DNA of 64,000 nucleotides from contig CBDCDZ010000004.1 in NCBI GenBank assembly GCA_965215565.1, positions 736,001-800,000 of the forward strand, in the 5' to 3' direction. Shown here in pieces: positions 11,909-21,929 of this stretch. A program made the position numbers and the translations under genes. The notes under the pieces are model-generated. The model ran no database searches, was not told the origin of the DNA, and worked only from the letters and a program-made list of their open reading frames with translations. This DNA is from Trueperaceae bacterium (lineage in GTDB: Bacteria; Deinococcota; Deinococci; Deinococcales; Trueperaceae). Position 1 is the stretch's first letter. Every line of letters begins with the position of its first letter.

Positions 11909-11952
11909 GCGGCTACGAACTTGGTCCTCTCGGTGTGCCACACTAAGAGGTC

Positions 11953-12669
11953 TTGAAACCCTCTGCCATCTTCTCTGAACCGCTAGAACTCGAGCACGGC
12001 ATCTACCGCGCTTTAGACAAGCGCCCCCGCGTTCCCTTAGCGCAAGCGAGCAACTTTTTACCCCTGACGGCGGCACTCTACGAACCCTTGTGGCGCAAGC
12101 GCTCCTTGTCCATCATCACAGGTGGCGACTTCGACGTGACGCGCGAGCTTGCACTGATGATCAAGTGGCTGAGACCGCAACCGGGTCAAGTCGTCCTCGA
12201 CGCGGCGTGTTCGGCGGGACTTTACGCCCGCACGCTGCTCCATCACGAAGAAGACTTAGAGGTCCACGCGCTGGACTTTAGCTTGCCCTTTCTCAACAAG
12301 GCGAAGGAGTACGCCGCGAAGGAAGCCGTCGAGATGACGCTCGTCTACGCGGACGTGATGAAATTGCCGTACGAGGACTCGAGCTTCGACGCCCTCGTCT
12401 GCGGCGCGTCGCTTAACGAGTTTACCGACCTCTCCAGGTCCATCACCGAATTCAGCCGTGTACTTAAACCGGGCGGCTTGATGTGGCAGATGTACGTCTC
12501 TAAAGCGGAAGCCTGGTACGGGCGGCTTTTTCAAAGCCTTTTTAGGCTCTCTGGAGTTCGCTTCATCGACCCTACTGTTCTGGAGAACGAAGCTAAAGCG
12601 GTAGGGATGAGGCTTCTTAAAGCGCAGCACCGCAAACGCATCACGCTGGCACTTTTTGAGAAGCTCTGA
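11953..12669 (+). CDS. Class I SAM-dependent methyltransferase
   Basis: VLDAACSAG motif I, LDFS, LPYEDSSFD, RVLKPGG. Confidence 0.8.
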   Translation: MKPSAIFSEPLELEHGIYRALDKRPRVPLAQASNFLPLTAALYEPLWRKRSLSIITGGDFDVTRELALMIKWLRPQPGQVVLDAACSAGLYARTLLHHEEDLEVHALDFSLPFLNKAKEYAAKEAVEMTLVYADVMKLPYEDSSFDALVCGASLNEFTDLSRSITEFSRVLKPGGLMWQMYVSKAEAWYGRLFQSLFRLSGVRFIDPTVLENEAKAVGMRLLKAQHRKRITLALFEKL

Positions 12670-12708
12670 GAACTGCCCGACACCTTCGCTTCGGAAGGTG
12701 TCGTTCAC

Positions 12709-13878
12709 TTACGCCGCTTTCTGCGGGAGCAACACCTCAAAATACGCCTTCGTCGCCGCCTCGTGCGAAAAGGTGTCGGCTCGGTTGACGAGCGCCGCTT
12801 CGTCCATAGGATTGCGCAACGCCTGCAACATGCCCTGGGCTAGAGCGTCCGCGTCGCTTACGGGCACGAGCGGACCCCAGCGCCCGTCCTCTAAAATCTC
12901 TTTGGACCCGCTCGGACAGTCCGTCGCCACGACCGGACAGCCGCACGCCATCGCCTCGATGAGCACGGTGGGTAGCCCTTCCCAGCGCGAGGAGAGGACG
13001 AGCGCGCTAGCGCGGCGCATGTAAGCGTAAGGGTTCGAGACGAAGCCGGGCATGAGCACGTGCTCCGAAAGGTTCAAGGTATCGCGGAGCTGCTCGAGTT
13101 CGCCCCGCTTTCCCCCCTCACCCAAGATGACCAGCCGGGCGTCTGCCTGCTGACGCACCTTTGAAAACGCCTGAAGGAGCGTCCCGAAGTCCTTCTGCTC
13201 CGAAAGCCGCCCGACGGCTAAGAACACCGGCGGCGCACCCTCGGCAAACCAGGGGTGGTCCAACGGCTCACGCGACTTCGCCTTGAGCGTTTCGCCAACG
13301 ACCGGGTTGTATATGGTGTGGACGCTGCCGCTCGGGAGCTTGAGCGAGCGCTCTAAGTCGCGTGACACACCGCTCGAGACGCCGACGATGGTATCCGCTC
13401 GCCCGTAAGAGGCTTTGACGAAGACCGGCACGAGCCGCTGCCTCAAGTTCCCGGTTCCGTCGCCGCGCCCGAAGACGGACGAAAACGTGTTGTGTTCGAC
13501 GAGCACGAGGTTCGCGCGAATTCGTGACAACTCTTTTGCCAGAATGAGCGCGACGTTCGTATGCGAGAGGTGCGACAAGAGGGCGTCGGGTTTGTACTCC
13601 CTCAGGTAACGGCGTAGTGGCAAGATCGCTTTAGAGACGTTGCCCACACCTAAGTCGATCACGCGCACTTGCGGGGGCACCTGGGACAGATAAGGACCGC
13701 TAGCGTTCGCTAAAACCAGGTCTAAATTGACCTCTTTGGAGACGAGCCCTTCCAGGAGGTTGACGGCGACTTTCTCCGCGCCGCCGCCCTCTAAGTTGCT
13801 CATGAAGCAGGCGATGCGAGGTTTTTTAGGGCTAACATCTTCCGCGCGCACAGCGCCCAGGTCTTCTATATGTGGCAT
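12709..13878 (-). CDS. Glycosyltransferase family 4 (GT-B)
   Basis: GGGAEK, VGRLSEQKDF, SRWEGLPTVLIEAMACG. Confidence 0.9.
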   Translation of the reverse strand: MPHIEDLGAVRAEDVSPKKPRIACFMSNLEGGGAEKVAVNLLEGLVSKEVNLDLVLANASGPYLSQVPPQVRVIDLGVGNVSKAILPLRRYLREYKPDALLSHLSHTNVALILAKELSRIRANLVLVEHNTFSSVFGRGDGTGNLRQRLVPVFVKASYGRADTIVGVSSGVSRDLERSLKLPSGSVHTIYNPVVGETLKAKSREPLDHPWFAEGAPPVFLAVGRLSEQKDFGTLLQAFSKVRQQADARLVILGEGGKRGELEQLRDTLNLSEHVLMPGFVSNPYAYMRRASALVLSSRWEGLPTVLIEAMACGCPVVATDCPSGSKEILEDGRWGPLVPVSDADALAQGMLQALRNPMDEAALVNRADTFSHEAATKAYFEVLLPQKAA

Positions 13879-13945
13879 CTACGATCCTTCCTCTTACAGG
13901 TCTGCTTACCGGGTCTCTGCTTATCAAATCCCTGCGCTCCCAATT

Positions 13946-14863
13946 CTAATGAAGCGTCAAATGACTTCTGGTGTCTTTATCAACGTTGCGCCGCTTGACC
14001 CGGTACATTGCGCTGTCGGCTACCTGCAACAGTTCGTCCGCGCTGCGCCCGTCCTGCGGATAGAGCGCCAAGCCTAGACTCGCGCTCATCGCCACCTCTT
14101 GATTTTGGACGTTGAAAGGGAGATGAAAAGCGTCCAGCAAGGCCCCGGCGACGCGCTTAACGCTCTGCACGTCCTTGAGTCCCGTCGCGATAACCGTGAA
14201 CTCGTCACCGCCCATGCGCGCTAGCGTATCACTTTCGCGGCGGCGCTTTCCTAAACGCTCGGCGATTTGCCGGAGCAAGTCGTCGCCAGCAGCGTGTCCC
14301 AGCGAATCGTTGACCTCTTTGAAGCCGTTCAGATCGAGAAAGCAGACCGCGACAACCTCACCGCTGCGCTTAGCTTGCGCCACAGCTCTCTCCAAACGGT
14401 CCATGAAGAGCGAGCGGTTGGGTAGTCCGGTGAGCGGGTCGTGTTGCGCGAGGTGCAGGAGTTGTTTGTGCTTCTCGAGCAACGCCTTCTTCTGCTTATG
14501 AAGTTGCACGCGCACGTCACGTAAATAGCCAACCACGCCGCCAAGGAGAAGAACCGCGACGTGACCTGCACCGCCCTGGTGACTAAAAACAGCGTCCCAC
14601 CCACCTAAAGTGGGGGCCACGATGTTGAACAACAGGGTGTTGACGGCGAAGCTGAGCGTGCCTACAAGGAGACCCGCATAGAACCCCCAAAGCCAAGCGC
14701 TGAGCGCGACGGGCAGAAGCGCCAACGCACCTAACTGCGCTCCGAACGTGGCAAAGCCGAGCACAAATAGGGCGGCGTAGAAGCCCCAACCCGCAAGCGC
14801 GACGAAAAGCTTGAGGGTGCGCGGCTTAAAGGTACGGCGTAGTAGAAGAAGAGCCTCACGCAT
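13946..14863 (-). CDS. Membrane-bound diguanylate cyclase (GGDEF)
   Basis: About 4 N-terminal TM helices; HDPLTGLPNR, DLNGFKEVND, RESD I-site, GGDEF. Confidence 0.9.
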   Translation of the reverse strand: MREALLLLRRTFKPRTLKLFVALAGWGFYAALFVLGFATFGAQLGALALLPVALSAWLWGFYAGLLVGTLSFAVNTLLFNIVAPTLGGWDAVFSHQGGAGHVAVLLLGGVVGYLRDVRVQLHKQKKALLEKHKQLLHLAQHDPLTGLPNRSLFMDRLERAVAQAKRSGEVVAVCFLDLNGFKEVNDSLGHAAGDDLLRQIAERLGKRRRESDTLARMGGDEFTVIATGLKDVQSVKRVAGALLDAFHLPFNVQNQEVAMSASLGLALYPQDGRSADELLQVADSAMYRVKRRNVDKDTRSHLTLH

Positions 14864-15145
14864 TAGATTGTCACTCTACAAGTTTAACTCTGACAAGCCT
14901 CTGACTAAAGCGCACCTGCACATCAAGGCGAGGTTCATGAAAAGGATAAACTGGAGGTATGTCGGACTTTCGTAGGGTTACTCGAGCAAGCTCAGCAAAG
15001 AGGGCAGCGTCTCAGCATCTCAGCGCGTCAGCAGGTCAGGAAAACCCGCCGGGTAAAGAGGGGGCGCGGAAAGTTTTACTGTACACGTCTCTACAAAGCC
15101 GGGCGCTTCTAGCCGATGTTCCTATCTCATCTGAGCGGCTGTCTC

Positions 15146-17710
15146 GTGTCTGAATCAACGAGCCAGACTCCGCTTATCCAAGGACCCGCGCCCAAAAAAG
15201 CCAACGGTCACAAAATCGTCATTATCGACGGTCACGCCTTGGCCTTTCGCTCCTATTACGCGATTCGCGATCTTTCCAACAGCAAGGGCGAGGCAACGAA
15301 CGCGGTTTTCGGCTTTTTGCGCTCGCTTTTGCGCATCTTGCAAGAGGAGGGCGAATTCGACGCGACGGTGGTCACCTTCGACGCGCCCGCCAAGACCTTT
15401 CGCCACGAGCAGTACGAGGACTACAAGGCGGGGCGCAAAGAGACGCCCGAGGATTTGCCAGGGCAGATCAGGACGATCAAGAAGCTGGTGGAGCTTTTAG
15501 GGCTCCATCAGATCGAGCAGGCGGGCTTAGAGGCGGACGACCTCATCGGCACGATCGCCAAGCGCTGCGAGGCGAGAGGGTACAGCGTCGAGATCGTCAC
15601 GAGCGACCGCGACGCCTATCAGCTCGTCACCGATAGGGTATGCGTGCGTGGGCTCACCAAAGCGGAGCGCTTCGGACCCGAAGAGGTCTATGAAAAGTTC
15701 GGCGTGCGCGTGGACCAGTGGATCGACTACCGGGCGCTCACGGGCGACTCATCGGATAATATTCCCGGCGCGAAGGGCATCGGACCCAAAACGGCGTCGA
15801 AGCTGTTGCAGAGTTACGACACGCTCGACTATATGCTGGCGCATGTCGATGAACTGAAACCGGACGCCGCTGCTAAAAAGGTCAAGGCGAGCCTAGAGGA
15901 CGTCAAGTTCTCTAAGATGCTCTCTAAAATTGTCATAGACGCCGACATCGACATCGATCCGGAAGGCTGGGCGAAGCGCGAGATGGCGCGTGAAGAACTC
16001 CGTGAGATGTTGGAGGGGCTCGAGTTCGGCTCCATCATTAACGAGCTTGGCTTGGGCGGCGCGGCGCAGTCGGCTACGAGCAGCGCGTACCAGAAAATCT
16101 CTTCGGCGGACATCTTTTTCGGCGGGAGTTTCGGTTACGTATTGTCCGACGTGAATCCGATGAACGCGGAGCTTACCGAACTCTCCGTGGCGTCAGCGGG
16201 AACGGTGGCGAACATCGCTGAGAAGTGGCGGGGCGATATCTTGCGTACCGAGGGCGAGTTAAACGCTTGCGACGCCAAAGCCCTAACGGTCTACGCAAAG
16301 CGCGAAGGCTTGGACTGCAAGCCCGGCGATGACCCCTTGCTGATGGCGTACGTCTTGGACCCCAACGTGACCGAGCCCGAGACGGTAGCGCGGCGCTACG
16401 GCGCGGGCGAGTGGGGCGCGGACAGCACCTCCAGAGCGACGGTTACTGCCGAACTTTTGAGCGTCTTGCCGGAGAAGCTGACGGGCAAACTGAGGGACCT
16501 CTACGAAAAGATCGAAAAACCGCTCGCCGACGTTTTAGCCGAGATGGAATACACGGGCGTACGGCTCGACGTGCCCTTCTTAAGGGCGCAATCCGAAGCG
16601 ATGAACGAGACCTTGGCGCGGCTCGAGGGTGAGGTCCGCGACGTCGCTCAAAATTCTGAACTAAACCTCAACTCACGTGACCAGTTAGCGGAACTTCTGT
16701 ACGAGAAGCTCGAGTTGCAGCCCGGCAAAAAGACCTCCACGGGCAAACGCTCGACGGCGGTGAGCGCCCTAGAACCGCTTCGCGACGCGCACCCCGTCGT
16801 GGGTCTCATCCTAGAATACCGCGAGCTGTCGAAGCTCAAGAGTACGTACTTGGACCCGCTGCCGCGCCTCGTCAACGAACGTACCGGGCGAGTTCACACG
16901 ACGTTTAACCAGACCGTCACGGCGACGGGGCGCTTATCCAGCGCCAACCCAAACCTGCAAAACATCCCCGTGCGCACGGAAATCGGGCGGCAGATTCGGC
17001 GTGGCTTCGTGGCGGGCGAGGGCATGAAACTTCTCGTTGCCGATTACTCGCAAATAGAGCTGCGTATCTTGGCGCACATCACGGGCGAGGAGGCGCTCAT
17101 TGAGACCTTTAGGCAGGGCGAGGACATCCACCGCCGCACCGCCGCGCAAATTCACGACGTTGCACTCGGAGAGGTCCAACCCGACATGCGCCGCGTGGCG
17201 AAGATCATCAACTTCGGCGTCCTGTACGGCATGTCGGCGCACCGGCTTACAAACGAGTTGAGTATCAGCTACAAAGAGGCGGACGCTTTTATCACCACCT
17301 ATTTCGAGCGCTACCCCAAGGTGCAAGGGTATATCGACGATACGCTCGCCTTCGCCCGCAAAGAGGGCTACGTCGAGACGCTTCTGGGGCGGCGGCGCAT
17401 GATTCCTGACATCAACACGAAAAACCGCAACCTGCGCGAGTACGCCGAGCGCACCGCCTACAACATGCCGATCCAGGGAACGCAAGCCGACATCGTGAAG
17501 CTAGCGATGCTGGAGCTTGCGCCCAAACTGAGAGAGAGGGGCGCAAAGCTCCTTTTACAAGTCCACGACGAGTTAGTCATCGAAGCGCCCGAAGATAAGG
17601 TACAAGAGGTCTCGCAGGAGGTTCAAAGAACGATGGAGGGCGCTTATGAGATGAGCGTGCCGCTCGTCGCGGAGGTCGGGGTGGGTGAGAACTGGCTCGA
17701 GGCTAAATAG
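15146..17710 (+). CDS. polA: DNA polymerase I (Taq-like)
   Basis: 5'-3' exonuclease IDGHALAFR/EADD; polymerase motifs TGRLSS, DYSQIELR, RRVAKIINFGVLYG, QVHDE; start uncertain (15116 or GTG 15146). Confidence 0.97.
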   Translation: MSESTSQTPLIQGPAPKKANGHKIVIIDGHALAFRSYYAIRDLSNSKGEATNAVFGFLRSLLRILQEEGEFDATVVTFDAPAKTFRHEQYEDYKAGRKETPEDLPGQIRTIKKLVELLGLHQIEQAGLEADDLIGTIAKRCEARGYSVEIVTSDRDAYQLVTDRVCVRGLTKAERFGPEEVYEKFGVRVDQWIDYRALTGDSSDNIPGAKGIGPKTASKLLQSYDTLDYMLAHVDELKPDAAAKKVKASLEDVKFSKMLSKIVIDADIDIDPEGWAKREMAREELREMLEGLEFGSIINELGLGGAAQSATSSAYQKISSADIFFGGSFGYVLSDVNPMNAELTELSVASAGTVANIAEKWRGDILRTEGELNACDAKALTVYAKREGLDCKPGDDPLLMAYVLDPNVTEPETVARRYGAGEWGADSTSRATVTAELLSVLPEKLTGKLRDLYEKIEKPLADVLAEMEYTGVRLDVPFLRAQSEAMNETLARLEGEVRDVAQNSELNLNSRDQLAELLYEKLELQPGKKTSTGKRSTAVSALEPLRDAHPVVGLILEYRELSKLKSTYLDPLPRLVNERTGRVHTTFNQTVTATGRLSSANPNLQNIPVRTEIGRQIRRGFVAGEGMKLLVADYSQIELRILAHITGEEALIETFRQGEDIHRRTAAQIHDVALGEVQPDMRRVAKIINFGVLYGMSAHRLTNELSISYKEADAFITTYFERYPKVQGYIDDTLAFARKEGYVETLLGRRRMIPDINTKNRNLREYAERTAYNMPIQGTQADIVKLAMLELAPKLRERGAKLLLQVHDELVIEAPEDKVQEVSQEVQRTMEGAYEMSVPLVAEVGVGENWLEAK

Positions 17711-17741
17711 CCTCGAGCCTTGTATGACGCTTTTACACTAA

Positions 17742-20700
17742 TCAGTCTACGCGGACTAGCTCAAACTTGTCTAGCCGCGTCCCGTCTTCGCGCAGATAAA
17801 CCGTAAGCGTGTGCTCGCCCGCCTCTAAGTCGAAGGTGAAGGGCGACTTGTTGCGCCGCGAGGCGTCTTGCGGCTCGAAGCGGCTGTTGCGCGGCGTGTC
17901 CCAGCGGTCACTTCTGATGTCATCATCTATACCGAGATAGAACGAGTCGCTGCTCCTTGCGCCCTGCACCCAACCTCTCACCTTGTAGCGACCTGGCTCG
18001 TCCACGTTCACGCAGTAGTCGGCGCGGTTAGCAGAGTTCAGGCTCTTTTGATGTCCGACACCGTCCGGGGTGTCGATGTAACGTCCACCGCTCGCCGAAG
18101 TACTGTTTACAGTGCGGAACGCGCCGAAAAGCTCGCCGTCTTCCGCCTCTTGCGCCAATGCACCGCACGTGTCGGATGGCGTGCCTAATGTGTCCACGCG
18201 GACTAGCTCGAGCTTGTCCAAGCGCGTCCCGTCCTCGCGCATGTAGATCGACACGGTGTGCTCACCCGCATCTAAGTCAAAGGTGAAGGGCGGCTTGTTA
18301 CGGCGTCCGACGTCCTGCGGCTCGAAGTGGGTGTTGCGCGGCGTGTCCCAACGTTCGTTCTCGACATCGCCGTCTACTGCCAGATAGAACGAGTCGCTCT
18401 TTCTCGCGCCCTGAACCCAGCCCGTCAGCTTGTAGCGCCCCGCTTCGGCGACGGTCATACAGTAGTCCGCGCGGTGCGCGTCGTTCGCGCCACTCTGCTC
18501 GCCAAAGCCGTCCGGCGTGTCGATATAGCGCCCGCCGCTCGCTGAGGTGCTGTCTACAGTGCGAAACGCGCCGAAAAGTTCACCGCCTTCCGCCTCTTGC
18601 GCGAGTCCGCCGCACACAGGTTGAGGCGACTCATACGTCGCGGTGAGCGTCTGCGGCGTCTCTTGAACGGTGATGTCATGGATGCGCTCACCGCCGTCGG
18701 ACCAGCGCACGAAGTCCAGTCCCTCTTGCTCCGCCAAGGCGCTCAGTTGCTGGCGCGCGTTCACATTCGTCGTGACCGTAAAAGGCGTGGTGCGCTCCAC
18801 CCCTTCCCAATTTAGGGATAAACCGCTCGGCTCGGTCTCGAGCGTGTACGCCACTGTATTCAAGGTGAGCGTGACGCAGCTAGGGTCACTCTTATTGCCA
18901 TTTTGCATAACTTCTAAGCAAAGCTCCAGAGAGGTGTTGTCGCCGTGGTCGGGTACGCTGAACGCGCCGTCTACACCCATCGTCGGGGGCAGTTGGTTGA
19001 AGTGCTGGTGCTCGTCATGGTTGAGCTTTAGAGACCAAGAGAAGTCCTCGGCGTCCGTGAGCGTTTCGCCCTGGTCCGAAGCGAGGAAAGGCACCTGGTC
19101 GCCGACGGTGAACATAGCGCCGTCCTCGGGCGAGAGGATGACTGCGACGGGCTGCGTCGTGCCCGCTTCAATGAGAACGGTATCTGTGTTGCTCGCCCCC
19201 GCCGTGTCGGTCACGGTCAAGCGTGCGCGGTAGAGGCTCACCTCTTCGTAGGTGTGCACCGGGTTCGCCTTGGACGAGGTGGTGCCGTCACCGAAGTCCC
19301 AGGCGTAGCTGAGGATATCGCCGTCGTCATCCGCACTGCTATCCCCCGTGAAGCTCACCGTCAAGGGGACGGAGCCCGACGCATTTGTCGCCTCCGCTTG
19401 CGCCCTGGGCGGCGTGTTGCCCGCCGCCGTGTAGCGTAGCCGCTTGAGCTTGCCCTCTCGGATGTTCATGAGGTAGAGGTTGCCCCCCGGCTCAGCGACC
19501 ATCTGCACCACGCCGTGTTCGCTGCCGAAGTCGTTCACGTCCGCCACGCTGCCGTCGGCGTTAAAGGTGAGCGTGCGAATCCACCGCTGGTTGTAGTCGG
19601 TGATGAATAGAGCACCCTGATACTCGTCCGGGTAGCGCGTCCCCGTGTAGAAGTCACCGACTTGAACCGAGGCGCTCGTTCCGCTGCGCGTGTAGCTGTA
19701 GAGTGGCGGCGTAGCCTCTTCGTTCTCGTAGAAGTCCTGACAGAAGCTCAGCGATCTGAAGCCGCCCTGCTGCAAATTCTCGCCGCCGCCGCCCTCATAG
19801 CAGGGCCAGCCGAAGTTCGCGCCCCTGCCCGTGTTGACCTCTTCCCAGGTGCCCCGCCCCACGTCACCGATGAAGGGCTCGCCCGTCGTGGGATGGACCG
19901 CGAAGCGGAAGGGGTTGCGCAAGCCTAAACTGTAGACCTTCGAGCGGTTGCTGTTCGGGTCGCCGTCGTAGAAGGGATTGTCCGCGTAGCCCTCGCCCGT
20001 CAGCGGGTGAACGCGCATGATCTTACCCGCGAGGCTGTCCAGATTGAGTGCCCGCGTCGTGTAGGGCTCGGACTTCGTATAGTTCGCGCCGTCGCCGCTG
20101 CCAACCATCAGCGAGCCGTCAGGCGCGAAGCGCACCGTGCCGATGGTGTGCGACTGCTCGTCGGCGGGCAGACAGTCGCGGACGTATACGCCACCCTCTT
20201 CACACGAGGGCGGGCCGTTGCGCTGCTCGGGGTCGCCGATATTAGCGAAGGTGCTGTTCGTCCCTAAGAGGACTTTTTCGCTACCCGGCACTGCGACGTT
20301 GTAGCCTTTCGCCTCGTCCGCCGTGACGCGAATCAGGCGCGACACCCGCGCGCCGTTGCCGTCGGGTCCGCCTACATCGCTGTCTGAAAGTTCGGGCGGG
20401 TCGTAGGTAAAGAGCAGGTAGACGTAAGGCTGCGCTGGAAAGTCGGGGTGCACCGCGAGCCCCAACATCCCTCTGTCGTGGCGGCTGTTGACTCTGTCCG
20501 AGAGGTCGATAAAGGGAGCGCCCATGAGCTTCCCGTCCTCGAACACGCGCACCACGCCGCCCTTCTCACCGATGAAGATGCGCCCGTCGGAAGCGAAATC
20601 AAAGACGACGCCCTGGTTGAGCCCTGTGACGACATCCTCCAGAACGAAGCCGCTCGGTACGGTTTGCGTGGTGAGGCGGGCGTTTTGGTCTGCGCTAATC

Positions 20701-21302
20701 GCCCGCACCCGTACTGTGACGTTGCCACCAACCGCATCACTTCTAAGCTGGAGGTTGTCGAGCGTCACTCTATAGACGTCGTCGCGGGGACCTTCCAAGC
20801 TCTCGTCTGGGCGCTCTGTGTCCGAGTCACTGTCCAGGTAGAAATGCTCCGCGCCGTCAGCGAGGGTGATGAGGACCTCGAGCATCTCCGACTCGCCCTC
20901 CGCTTGCTTGGGCACGTCGATATGAAACTGTTTGCGCTCCGCGAAGGTGCCGCTCGGGTCCACCGCACCGTAAACCGCACCGTACGGTAGCGTGAGCGTC
21001 ACGCTCGGTCCGGCGGCGCTCACCGAGCGAGTATAGGCAGCGTCGGCATCGGCGGGTGCGGGTTGCGGCGTGGTGCTCGAGGCGAGGGTGACTTGCGCCT
21101 CTCGGGAGAAGAAGCCAGCGTCAAACGTAGCGCGAGCGCCGCCCTCCAAGCGAACACTGCCAGCGTCCACGCCAACCGTAGCGGAAGCCGTTTCGTTCGG
21201 GTCGACTCCCTGCTGACAAGCGAAGAGCAAAAAGACGAGTCCTACGCTGCTGATGAGCACGCTTAAATGTCGTATGCCTAGGTTGCGCCGTTTCTCCATC
21301 AT
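17742..21302 (-). CDS. Secreted lipoprotein: PQQ-dependent glucose/sorbosone dehydrogenase-like propeller + PKD + two carbohydrate-binding-like repeats
   Basis: LFAC lipobox; RGMLGLAVHPDF, GLRNPFRF, ANFGWPCYEG; PKD YAWDFGDG; two ~135-aa CGxLAQEAE...REDGTRLDK repeats. Confidence 0.82.
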   Translation of the reverse strand: MMEKRRNLGIRHLSVLISSVGLVFLLFACQQGVDPNETASATVGVDAGSVRLEGGARATFDAGFFSREAQVTLASSTTPQPAPADADAAYTRSVSAAGPSVTLTLPYGAVYGAVDPSGTFAERKQFHIDVPKQAEGESEMLEVLITLADGAEHFYLDSDSDTERPDESLEGPRDDVYRVTLDNLQLRSDAVGGNVTVRVRAISADQNARLTTQTVPSGFVLEDVVTGLNQGVVFDFASDGRIFIGEKGGVVRVFEDGKLMGAPFIDLSDRVNSRHDRGMLGLAVHPDFPAQPYVYLLFTYDPPELSDSDVGGPDGNGARVSRLIRVTADEAKGYNVAVPGSEKVLLGTNSTFANIGDPEQRNGPPSCEEGGVYVRDCLPADEQSHTIGTVRFAPDGSLMVGSGDGANYTKSEPYTTRALNLDSLAGKIMRVHPLTGEGYADNPFYDGDPNSNRSKVYSLGLRNPFRFAVHPTTGEPFIGDVGRGTWEEVNTGRGANFGWPCYEGGGGENLQQGGFRSLSFCQDFYENEEATPPLYSYTRSGTSASVQVGDFYTGTRYPDEYQGALFITDYNQRWIRTLTFNADGSVADVNDFGSEHGVVQMVAEPGGNLYLMNIREGKLKRLRYTAAGNTPPRAQAEATNASGSVPLTVSFTGDSSADDDGDILSYAWDFGDGTTSSKANPVHTYEEVSLYRARLTVTDTAGASNTDTVLIEAGTTQPVAVILSPEDGAMFTVGDQVPFLASDQGETLTDAEDFSWSLKLNHDEHQHFNQLPPTMGVDGAFSVPDHGDNTSLELCLEVMQNGNKSDPSCVTLTLNTVAYTLETEPSGLSLNWEGVERTTPFTVTTNVNARQQLSALAEQEGLDFVRWSDGGERIHDITVQETPQTLTATYESPQPVCGGLAQEAEGGELFGAFRTVDSTSASGGRYIDTPDGFGEQSGANDAHRADYCMTVAEAGRYKLTGWVQGARKSDSFYLAVDGDVENERWDTPRNTHFEPQDVGRRNKPPFTFDLDAGEHTVSIYMREDGTRLDKLELVRVDTLGTPSDTCGALAQEAEDGELFGAFRTVNSTSASGGRYIDTPDGVGHQKSLNSANRADYCVNVDEPGRYKVRGWVQGARSSDSFYLGIDDDIRSDRWDTPRNSRFEPQDASRRNKSPFTFDLEAGEHTLTVYLREDGTRLDKFELVRVD

Positions 21303-21929
21303 AGTGTTTCCCCCAAAAAGCATTTGACTCGTCGTGACGGCGTATATACGCAAATGAAGAGCCTCTAAGGTGTTAACTTCTTCACACCACGTTAAGTTTT
21401 TCACACTATGGGAGCACATACAACACACGAGATATTCATCAATTCTTAATTAAGCATTTTTGTAGTAGACCTCTGCGAAGGTGAGAATCGGGCTTTCTCC
21501 CCGGTTCTCGCTTTCGCCGAGTAGTTCATGCAGTCTGACGGGTCCGAACAAAGTGAGAACACTATCGGCTTACGAGTATGAGCAGTGCACGAAGTGAAGT
21601 CGCGTAGTCCCGCTAGGCAAAGCAACGCCATCACTGGATGAAGGGATACTTTTGCAAGCCTAGTGCTTACTTAAAGCGCATCTCTCGAAGCCGGTACATA
21701 CTGTGCGGCGCAACGATACTTTATGGATAAGTAGCAGGCGAGAATGCCTGCAAGAGGTTCGGTGGCTCTAACCCGCCTTACATCTCTATAGGTCATAATT
21801 TTCATCATTCTATGAGTATCTACCGCGGCTTGCTTGACGTCATTCACCACCCTATAAAGGGTGTGATACACACGTATCTCTTCCCTTTGCGTACTATCGC
21901 ACGTCCTCTGTGGGCTTTCTCACGCTAGA

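Noticed and set aside
21303..21929. Small ORFs or ncRNA in the lower-GC spacer between the dehydrogenase gene and glmM
   Set aside because: No convincing RBS, stem-loop plus terminator or repeat homology; treated as a divergent promoter region
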